Shown here: one piece after another, positions 44,803-52,049 of the stretch | Layout: each line of letters begins with the position of its first letter | Position numbering within the stretch: position 1 is the stretch's first letter | Assembly: GCA_964228865.1 (NCBI GenBank) | Contig: CAXRAI010000015.1 | Span: 17,936-81,935, forward strand | Direction: 5' to 3' | Source of the DNA: Salinimicrobium sp. | Lineage (GTDB): Archaea; Thermoplasmatota; Poseidoniia; Poseidoniales; Poseidoniaceae | DNA: 64,000 nucleotides | Made by a program: the position numbers and the translations under genes | Notes under the pieces: generated by a model | Databases searched by the model: none | What the model was told of the DNA's origin: nothing | The model's input: the letters and a program-made list of their open reading frames with translations, nothing else

Positions 44803-45855
44803 TCAGCACCACGCCTCGCAGGTGTGACAATACCAAGCCGCGTGCTCTGGGTAGAGTTCGGCCATCCCCGAACAGCCCGTGCATTCTTTCTGCGCTTGGT
44901 CGCCAAACATTTGCATGACGATGGAGACGTGATGATGGTCGTCAATTCCGAGTTGTTGACGCATGGCCCAGAGCAGTTGATCCTCGGATGGAGAAATGAT
45001 GCCGTCTTCAAGCACCAGTTCGACCACGCTCTTGTAGTCGTCAATCACCTGAATCTCGCGGTGGTCGAGGCGGATGCCGCCCTTCTCGGCGACGATGTCC
45101 TGGCCACCCGGGTCGTCGGCATAGACCACCAAAGCGCTTGCTTGGAGGCTTTCCTCCCTCAATTCGAGATGAATGCTGCTGCCCTCGAGGTTCGCGTACA
45201 CCAACCGCGAATGGCGGTTGATGGTGTTCGTGATGGACCGTGCCGTGTCCTCCTTGGTGCGACCGCGCTTCCAGCCCGTTGGACTGGATTCGTTGTAGGC
45301 GTAGAACTCGGTGCCGTACCCGGGATATTCCAAGCGGAGTTCTTCACCTCCATCGAAATCGTTGGTGAGGATGTGGAAGGCTGCGACATGGGTGGACACA
45401 AGGTTGTCGTCATCGTCGAAACTGATCATCAGTGGCTTTCGCTCCTCAGCCGCCGCATTGAAGTGACCCTGCATGCCACTCATCCACTTGTCCTCGAGGC
45501 GCTTCAGACTGGCTTCCTGTTCACCTGAAAGTCCCTTGTCGATCCCCAACATGTCACGAAGTTCACCGGATTGGACCTCTTGCTTGAATTGCTCAACCAA
45601 GCCAGCGTTGTAGTGGTGGTCGTCACGGGTAGGACCAGCCTGCTGAACGACATGGTTCGGGTCGGCCCATTCGTAGTTGCACTTTGAACACGAAAGGTAT
45701 CCGGTCATGGTCGAAGGCTGCGCGTCTCCACCGCAACGTGGGCAATCGCCCTCTTCGTTCACGGCCAGGTTGTCTGCTGCTTCACGGCGCCCGCGGCGGG
45801 GATTGAATCCAGCCATGGCCTGAGAGGAGCCGAGACCGGACTTCAAGGTGTTCAT
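44803..45855 (-). CDS. hypothetical protein with CxxC-x14-CxxC zinc ribbons at both termini
   Basis: 350 aa. CPRCGGDAQPSTMTGYLSCSKC lies near the N-terminus and CTGCSGMAELYPEHAAWYCHTC at the C-terminus. The ~250-aa acidic middle region is unrecognised. Its ATG overlaps the upstream stop (ATGA at 45852-45855), and the ORF ends 9 nt before the actin-like ORF. Confidence 0.65.
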   Translation of the reverse strand: MNTLKSGLGSSQAMAGFNPRRGRREAADNLAVNEEGDCPRCGGDAQPSTMTGYLSCSKCNYEWADPNHVVQQAGPTRDDHHYNAGLVEQFKQEVQSGELRDMLGIDKGLSGEQEASLKRLEDKWMSGMQGHFNAAAEERKPLMISFDDDDNLVSTHVAAFHILTNDFDGGEELRLEYPGYGTEFYAYNESSPTGWKRGRTKEDTARSITNTINRHSRLVYANLEGSSIHLELREESLQASALVVYADDPGGQDIVAEKGGIRLDHREIQVIDDYKSVVELVLEDGIISPSEDQLLWAMRQQLGIDDHHHVSIVMQMFGDQAQKECTGCSGMAELYPEHAAWYCHTCEAWC

Positions 45856-46676
45856 GCTCTCGCAACGATGGCTTTGCGCCCATAGCGAAGCGTCCCGTCC
45901 TGTGCGTAGACCCGGCGGACAACGAGTCGAACCTCATCGCCGATGTCCACGGCACTTGGGTGTCCATCAGCATGAAGAAAAACGCCACACGGCCCCTCAT
46001 CGAAGGCGAGGATCATCGAGGTGAGACCTCCGAGGACCGGAGCCCTGATGGCAAACTCCGAAGGGCAACCCGCGGCGATGAGCCGGGTCCACGACACCAC
46101 GTGGGCCGTCAAGGGCAAGAAACCACCGTCCTGAGGCAGCCCGCCATCCTCGAGGGATCCGCGAGGTGGCCAGACATGCCCCGCCTGGGCCTTCATCCCT
46201 AGGCGGGCTTCCATGCCGAGCGCATGCACTTGACCCGAAACATAGGCCCCCTGGGAGACGTTTTCATCGGTCATCTCCATGGCCCACGCTTGTTCCATGG
46301 CGACGTGAACATCAGGCTCCACAGCAAGGCGAAGCTCAGCCGCAACTTCGACCGCATCGAGGTTGAGGGGGATGTCGCGAGGCGCCACGGCCGCTCCACA
46401 CTGGAAACGGTGAACAACGTACGGACCTCCTTCCTGGACGCTGAGCCAAGGGAGACTTGCAGAAACAACCCTCGCTTCATCTTCAGTCATGGAGAGGTGA
46501 ACCGATGCGTGGTGACCACGCCGATTCCACGCCTCGAGGGCATCGATGACCGTGGTGAGGTCATCCGCGTCCGGGGCGTGAACGCGCTCGCCGTTGACGT
46601 GGAATCGGGAAGCGACCACCACCGTCTTGTCGCTGCGGTTCAGAGCGATGCCCGCCTCAGCCGTGTCGAGCATCAT
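45852..46676 (-). CDS. DUF35-like OB-fold protein (thiolase/HMG-CoA-synthase scaffold family) with extra N-terminal domain
   Basis: The start ATG at 46676 overlaps the thiolase stop (ATGA). The C-terminal ~90 aa (LTAHVVSWTRLIAAG...GLTSMILAFDEGPCGVFLHADG...IGDEVRLVVRRVYAQDGTLRYGRKA) look like the acyl-CoA-associated OB fold. The usual CxxC...CxxC rubredoxin-like ribbon is absent. The ~170-aa N-terminal region is unrecognised. Confidence 0.55.
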   Translation of the reverse strand: MMLDTAEAGIALNRSDKTVVVASRFHVNGERVHAPDADDLTTVIDALEAWNRRGHHASVHLSMTEDEARVVSASLPWLSVQEGGPYVVHRFQCGAAVAPRDIPLNLDAVEVAAELRLAVEPDVHVAMEQAWAMEMTDENVSQGAYVSGQVHALGMEARLGMKAQAGHVWPPRGSLEDGGLPQDGGFLPLTAHVVSWTRLIAAGCPSEFAIRAPVLGGLTSMILAFDEGPCGVFLHADGHPSAVDIGDEVRLVVRRVYAQDGTLRYGRKAIVARA

Positions 46677-47842
46677 TCCAGGGACCTCCCAAACACGTGC
46701 ACGGCACACGTCGCACCCGAACCCCCAACGTTGTGCGTCAGGCCAAGTTCAGCGTCTCGAACTTGGCGAGGTCCTGCTTCACCTCGCAGCTGCTTGAACA
46801 CCTCAACCGCTTGTCCGGCCCCGGTCGCCCCCAATGGGTGACCCTTGGCTTTGAGTCCGCCGGACCCGTTGACCGTGGTACGGCCTTCGTTCCGCCGTCC
46901 TTCCCCATTGCGTGCGAACACGCCACCTTGACCTGTCTCGGCCAATCCAAGGTCTTCCGTGGCCAGCAACTCCGCCACTGTGAAGCAATCATGCACCTCG
47001 GCCACGTCGAGGTCGGTGGCTGAACATCCCGACTGCGCATAGGCCTGAGACGCTGCTGAACGTGTGGCTGCAAGGGTGGTCAGGCTTGGCCGGTCGTGCA
47101 GCGCGAGATGGTCAGAGGCTGCCCCGCTGCCTCGCATCCACACCGGTGCATCGGTGATTTTTCGTGCGATGTCCCCTGAGGCCAACACGACGCAAGCGGC
47201 CCCATCGGAGGTCGGACAGCAATCGTAGAGGGTCAGAGGATCTGCGATGACCATGCCGCTTGCAGCCTTTTCGAAGGAGACGTCCTTGCGCAGATGAGCA
47301 TCGGGATTTTCGAGCGCGTGGGCGTGGTTCTTGACGCTGATGTGAACGAGGTCGTCATGCGTTGAACCAAATTCGTGCATGTGCCGTCGAGCCATCAAAG
47401 CGTACGTGCCAGGGAAGGTCAAACCCGCCAAGCGTTCCCATTCGGTGTCTCCAGAAACGCCGAGCCAGAAGCGTTTGCGCTCAGGCGTGAGATCGTTCAT
47501 CTTCTCAACACCACCAACCACGACCACGTCCGCGCGTCCGCTGGCGATCGCCGCCCAGCCGTCGCGCAACGCGAAACCAGAGGACGCACATGCGTTCTCG
47601 ATGCGACGGGCGGGAACCCTTGCCATGCCTGCGTGCTCAGCGAGGTAAGCCGCCGTGTTCCCGAGTTGGCCTCCTCCAAAGGCGGTGGAACCGATGAAGA
47701 CCTCATCCACCGAAGAGGGCGCGAGGTCGCCATCGATTGAGGCAAAACACGAACGCACCGCGTCGGCCCACATGTCCTTCATCGCGGCAGGATGGGTGCC
47801 GTAGGGCGTTTGCCCCGCGCCGACCATGGCGACGTCGACCAT
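46673..47842 (-). CDS. acetyl-CoA acetyltransferase (archaeal thiolase)
   Basis: 389 aa. VAMVGAGQTPYG, RIENACASSGFAL (nucleophilic Cys), GGLKAKGHPLGATG and THNVGGSG are seen. Confidence 0.88.
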   Translation of the reverse strand: MVDVAMVGAGQTPYGTHPAAMKDMWADAVRSCFASIDGDLAPSSVDEVFIGSTAFGGGQLGNTAAYLAEHAGMARVPARRIENACASSGFALRDGWAAIASGRADVVVVGGVEKMNDLTPERKRFWLGVSGDTEWERLAGLTFPGTYALMARRHMHEFGSTHDDLVHISVKNHAHALENPDAHLRKDVSFEKAASGMVIADPLTLYDCCPTSDGAACVVLASGDIARKITDAPVWMRGSGAASDHLALHDRPSLTTLAATRSAASQAYAQSGCSATDLDVAEVHDCFTVAELLATEDLGLAETGQGGVFARNGEGRRNEGRTTVNGSGGLKAKGHPLGATGAGQAVEVFKQLRGEAGPRQVRDAELGLTHNVGGSGATCAVHVFGRSLE

Positions 47843-47925
47843 GCATCTCCATCCACCCCCGGCACTTGACCATCACGGTGGCCGAGGCCGATGATGCTAT
47901 GAACCACGCGCGGGGGCGGGAAATC

Positions 47926-48609
47926 ATGCTGCGCCAGTGTCGAGAGCACGGTCACTTTTCTGGAACGAATTGTCCAGTGTGCAATGAAGAAGGGAAATTC
48001 ATCATGTCAGATCGCGAAGCCAACGCCCTTGGGCGGATTTTGGCGTTGGTGCTTCGTCACGCACCTGAGAAGTTCAACGTCGACATGGACATCAACGGCT
48101 GGGTCGAGACCCGCGAATTGTCCAAGTCGATCGCCGACAGCCGACGTCACCTCCATTGGGTCCGAGCATGGCACTTCGAGGCCATCGCGAACGCCGATGA
48201 AAAAGGCCGCTGGCAGGTGGAAAACGAGATGATTCGTGCCACGTACGGCCATTCCATCGAAATCGAACTCGATCTGCCCACGGACGACATTCCTGAGGCC
48301 CTCTACTGGCCTTGCGAGGCCACTGAGGTCGAATCCCTCCTGAAATTCGGCATCCTCTCTGGGGACCGCAAGCACATCCACCTCTCGCTTACCATCGCCA
48401 ACGCATTGGAAGCCGGTCACGTCCGCATTGGACGCCCATCGATCATCGAAGTGGACACCATCCGAGCCATCGCGGACGGTCACACGATTTACCGCGCGGG
48501 AACCACCGTGTTCCTGACCGACGAAGTGCCTCCTGCGGCCCTCTATCCGGTCGGCGAGGACGATCCGATTGTTCAGGAAACCTTCGCCCGCTGGGACGAA
48601 GAAGAGTGA
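47926..48609 (+). CDS. kptA: RNA 2-prime-phosphotransferase Tpt1/KptA with N-terminal zinc ribbon
   Basis: Internal ATG of track ORF 47737..48609; the upstream part overlaps the thiolase gene. MLRQCREHGHFSGTNCPVCNEEG is followed by LGRILALVLRHAPEKFNVDMDINGWV, RATYGHSI and HIHLSLT. ATG 47899 is an alternative start. Confidence 0.8.
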   Translation: MLRQCREHGHFSGTNCPVCNEEGKFIMSDREANALGRILALVLRHAPEKFNVDMDINGWVETRELSKSIADSRRHLHWVRAWHFEAIANADEKGRWQVENEMIRATYGHSIEIELDLPTDDIPEALYWPCEATEVESLLKFGILSGDRKHIHLSLTIANALEAGHVRIGRPSIIEVDTIRAIADGHTIYRAGTTVFLTDEVPPAALYPVGEDDPIVQETFARWDEEE

Positions 48610-48966
48610 TCATCGCGCGCCGCAGGCTGGGCAGAAGTCCAGCTCCGGATCGAGCATGGCGCCACAGTTCTCGCAGATCCCAGCAGCCAAGGTCGACATG
48701 GTCTCTCGGACCTCAGATTCAACGGTACGTTGCTGGGGGCGCACGACCGCGGTCGGGTCCAAGCCCAAACGAACGCGCTCGCCGTGGGCAGCAACGAAGC
48801 GCATGGCTTCTTGCAAGGCCGCCTGAAGCTGCCGGCGGCGTTGTTCACGCTCAACGGCATCCACAATCGTCTCCGTGGACTCCAGTTCTGCCTGTAGGTG
48901 ACGCATGAACACGTCAACGGTTGCCTCGTCGCCCATGGGTGGACTGTGGGTGCGGCCCGTCTTCAA
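48610..48966 (-). CDS. small hypothetical coiled-coil protein with C-terminal zinc ribbon
   Basis: 118 aa. A helical, Glu/Arg/Gln-rich N-terminus is followed by CENCGAMLDPELDFCPACG. Its 3-prime end abuts the kptA stop. An alternative start lies at 48936. Confidence 0.45.
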   Translation of the reverse strand: MKTGRTHSPPMGDEATVDVFMRHLQAELESTETIVDAVEREQRRRQLQAALQEAMRFVAAHGERVRLGLDPTAVVRPQQRTVESEVRETMSTLAAGICENCGAMLDPELDFCPACGAR

Positions 48967-49010
48967 TCCTCGCGAGGCACCCTCATGAAGCGAAGGGCCG
49001 TGGACCCACC

Positions 49011-49826
49011 ATGGGCCCAGCCGTCGTGGTGAAGCTTGGCGGTGGTCTCATCACCGAAAAGTCGACGCTGACGACCGTTCATCATGAACGCTTGAACCGT
49101 TTGGCACAAGAGATCGCCGTCGCCGTTCAGAGCGGCATCCAGGTCCTCGTCGTTCATGGCGCAGGCTCGTTTGGCCATCTTCGCGCAAAGGCATGGGCGC
49201 TTGCAGAGGGGCGGTCAAAGGCGCAGGGAAACGACGGATGTTCCAACCAAGAAGAGGCCGTAGAGCGTGTGCGTGAAGACATGATGACCCTTGCCGGCCA
49301 TGTTACCCAAGCCCTGCACAACGCAGGTTTGGCCACCAGCACCCACCCACCTCACCGTTGGGTCAACGGGTTGGGGACCAACTTCTCCGGAGACGTGAAG
49401 CCGCTTCAACCCGGGCACATCGTTCCGGTCACCTGGGGTGACGTTGTCCCAGTGGAGGGACCGGCTGAATTTGGCATCCTCTCAGGGGATGACCTCGTCC
49501 ACCGTTGCGCCGTTGAGTTGTCCGGAATCACGAGGGTTGTCTTCGCCATGGGAGGTGCCGATGGCGTGTTGAGAAAACCTCCACATCAGGCCATGGAGGA
49601 GGATTTGATCGAAGAGTGGTCCGACGATGCCGAATTTGTGGGGCTGCACGCGGCGGAGATGGACGTGACCGGTGGCATCGGCCTCAAGGTGCAACGCGCC
49701 AGAAGCATCGCCCAACATGGCATCGAGACCCTGTTCGTGAACGGCGAGGTCGAGGGCCGTCTTCGAGACGCTCTTTTGGGCCATCCTGTACGTGGAACAC
49801 GTTTCCCACCCGCGCAGAAGGGATGA
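49011..49826 (+). CDS. isopentenyl phosphate kinase (amino-acid-kinase fold)
   Basis: The start is set at the ATG at 49011. MGPAVVVKLGGGLITEK, VLVVHGAGSFGH, and GDDL...DVTGG are seen. It is followed 26 nt later by the IDI-GGPPS gene. Confidence 0.8.
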   Translation: MGPAVVVKLGGGLITEKSTLTTVHHERLNRLAQEIAVAVQSGIQVLVVHGAGSFGHLRAKAWALAEGRSKAQGNDGCSNQEEAVERVREDMMTLAGHVTQALHNAGLATSTHPPHRWVNGLGTNFSGDVKPLQPGHIVPVTWGDVVPVEGPAEFGILSGDDLVHRCAVELSGITRVVFAMGGADGVLRKPPHQAMEEDLIEEWSDDAEFVGLHAAEMDVTGGIGLKVQRARSIAQHGIETLFVNGEVEGRLRDALLGHPVRGTRFPPAQKG

Positions 49827-49852
49827 AGTGTTGAACGCGACACCGGAGCACC

Positions 49853-51580
49853 ATGGCTTCCGCCATGAGGACCGATGTCGCTGAAGCCGACGCTGAAGTT
49901 CTCGATGGGCTCGACGCCAAGCAGGTGGACATGATGGCCGAGGCCGTCATCCTCGTCGATGAGCAGGACCGCCCCATGGGTCGTGCTTCCAAAGTCAATG
50001 CACACCGCGGTGCTGGTGCATTTCACAGGGCGTTCTCCGTGATGCTGTTCGACCAAGACAACCGTTTGTTGCTCCAACGGCGTGCCGACGACAAGATCAC
50101 CTTCCCAGGCATTTGGGCAAACACATGCTGCTCACATCCACTCGATGTACCCGAGGAACGGGAAGAGCTCGAGGGGCTTGGCGTTCGACGAGCAGCCGTT
50201 CGGAAACTCGACCAAGAATTGGGCATTGACTCCGTGAGCATTGACGATTTGACCCACGTTGGCCGCTTTCGCTACCAAGCCCGTCAGGACGAGACATGGA
50301 TTGAACGTGAAGTCGATCACCTGCTGGTGGGTCGTGTGGCGAACCTCAGCATCAATCCGAACCCCAACGAGGTCGCCGAAACCCGGTGGGTCAGCCAGAA
50401 CGAATTGGAAGCGATGTTGATCGAGGAAGACCCTGAACACCCCATCGCTCCGTGGTTCCGCTGCATTGCAGCACGGTTGATGACCGATGCATGGTGGACG
50501 GCCCAAACCAAAGAAGACTTCCAGAGCCTTCAGGACACGGAGATCCACGACCTTGGTGACGTCAGCCACATGCTTCCCAATGCCGTTGGGGCCGACTTGC
50601 GCACCTCGGTCCTCGAAGTGCTGCCGCTCATCGAATCCCGCATTGCCGCCCGTCTGACCGCCTCCCGGCATCCACGCTTGGGCCAAGCGATGATGCACCT
50701 CATCGAAGGCGGTGGGAAGCGCATGCGTGCGTCCTTGCCTTGGCTTGTGGCCAAAGCGATCGGTGACACACACAGCGGTTTGCTCGACGTGGGTGCTGCC
50801 ATCGAAATCATCCACAATTTTACGCTCGTGCACGACGACATCATGGACGACGATCCTGTCCGTCGTGGACGCCCGGCCGTTCACGTTGCATACGACGTCC
50901 CCACCGCGATCAACGCGGGCGACGCCATGCTGGCCATCGCGTTCGAGCACCTCTGCGATGCACCTGATTTTGACATGGCTTTGTTGCCAGACATCGTCGA
51001 ACGCATCGCATGGATGGTGCGACGTGTATCAGAAGGACAGCAACTCGACATTGAATTCGAGCACGAGAGCGACGTGACGGAACCACGCTACCTCGAGATG
51101 ATCGAGGGAAAGACTGCGGTCATGTTCCAAGTGTGTGCAGAACTTGGCGCCCTGCTTTCGGGGGCAGACGAGGACACCATCGCATGCATGCGGGATTGGG
51201 GCCTCAACGTTGGCCTGTGTTTCCAATTGATGGACGATCTCATCGACGTCGTGTCCGATACGGCCACGCTCGGGAAACCTGCAGGTTCAGACGTTGCTCA
51301 AGGAAAGCGGACCCTGATGGTCATTCACGCCCTCGAACAACCGGATGGCCCAGCCAAGGACGCATTGCTCCGGGCGTTGGGCAAGGGAGAAGCAGCCACA
51401 GCAAAGGACATCGATGCGGCCCACAAAGGCCTGGAATCGTCGGGTTCGATTGACTATGGGCGCCAACGTGCAACTTCGTACCACGCCGCTGCACATGCCT
51501 GCCTGGATCGGCTTCCCCCAAGCCCAGGCGTCCGGGCCCTTCGGGAGTTCACCGATCTCCAACTGGCTCGGCTTTCTTGA
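49853..51580 (+). CDS. fusion protein: type-1 isopentenyl-diphosphate isomerase (Nudix fold) + geranylgeranyl diphosphate synthase
   Basis: 575-aa single ORF. N-terminal half: HRAFSVMLFDQDNRLLLQRRADDKITFPGIWANTCCSHP...GVRRAAVRKLDQELGI...EVDH...NEVAETRWV. C-terminal half: GGKRMRASL, FTLVHDDIMDDDPVRRGRP (FARM, with Phe at position -5) and FQLMDDLIDV (SARM). Confidence 0.85.
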   Translation: MASAMRTDVAEADAEVLDGLDAKQVDMMAEAVILVDEQDRPMGRASKVNAHRGAGAFHRAFSVMLFDQDNRLLLQRRADDKITFPGIWANTCCSHPLDVPEEREELEGLGVRRAAVRKLDQELGIDSVSIDDLTHVGRFRYQARQDETWIEREVDHLLVGRVANLSINPNPNEVAETRWVSQNELEAMLIEEDPEHPIAPWFRCIAARLMTDAWWTAQTKEDFQSLQDTEIHDLGDVSHMLPNAVGADLRTSVLEVLPLIESRIAARLTASRHPRLGQAMMHLIEGGGKRMRASLPWLVAKAIGDTHSGLLDVGAAIEIIHNFTLVHDDIMDDDPVRRGRPAVHVAYDVPTAINAGDAMLAIAFEHLCDAPDFDMALLPDIVERIAWMVRRVSEGQQLDIEFEHESDVTEPRYLEMIEGKTAVMFQVCAELGALLSGADEDTIACMRDWGLNVGLCFQLMDDLIDVVSDTATLGKPAGSDVAQGKRTLMVIHALEQPDGPAKDALLRALGKGEAATAKDIDAAHKGLESSGSIDYGRQRATSYHAAAHACLDRLPPSPGVRALREFTDLQLARLS

Positions 51581-52049
51581 GGACGACCGCGTCGCCCGGG
51601 CGAAGTTCACCCTCAACCAAGACTTCGGCGTACCAACGGGTTCGTTCAGGATGCTTGCGTGCGTCGATGGAACGGAAGGAGCCGGAGGTAAACGCTGCTG
51701 CAATGGTGCGGCATGGCGGCGCAGGGGCGGTCAAACGAGCATGCACAGTTCCGAGTTCAAGAAGGTCCCCGGCCTCCAGCACAGCGAACGGTAAGCCTTG
51801 CAGAAGCACGTTCTCGCCAACGTCCCCAGGCCGCACGGGGTGGCCTTCATCACGCAGCTCGTGGAGCACTTCACGGCTCCAAATGCAGAGCGCGCGCGTT
51901 GGACCGCCGTGGTGCTTGAGGTCGCGTTGACGGTCGCCCACGCACCCATTCACGGTCACGTGAAGACTGGGCACTGCAGGCTTTGGCACGCCACCCTCGG
52001 GAGCCGCGTGAAGCGAGACGATGCTCGCTTCTGGCATCATGGGTATCAC
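51549..52049 (-). CDS. MOSC-domain protein
   Basis: 166 aa. VGDRQRDLKHHGGPTRALCIWS, VRPGDVGENVLLQGL, PCRTI and LRPGDAVV are seen. The GTG at 52049 overlaps the EF-2 stop (GTGA), with ATG alternatives at 52040/52037. The 3-prime end overlaps the convergent IDI-GGPPS gene by 32 nt. Confidence 0.75.
   Translation of the reverse strand: MIPMMPEASIVSLHAAPEGGVPKPAVPSLHVTVNGCVGDRQRDLKHHGGPTRALCIWSREVLHELRDEGHPVRPGDVGENVLLQGLPFAVLEAGDLLELGTVHARLTAPAPPCRTIAAAFTSGSFRSIDARKHPERTRWYAEVLVEGELRPGDAVVLKKAEPVGDR

Noticed and set aside
44110-45528. 472-aa plus-strand ORF across the actin-like and double-zinc-ribbon genes
   Set aside because: It spans two minus-strand genes that have strong motif support and coupled start/stop codons. 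It has a Gly/Val/Asp/His-rich artefact composition.
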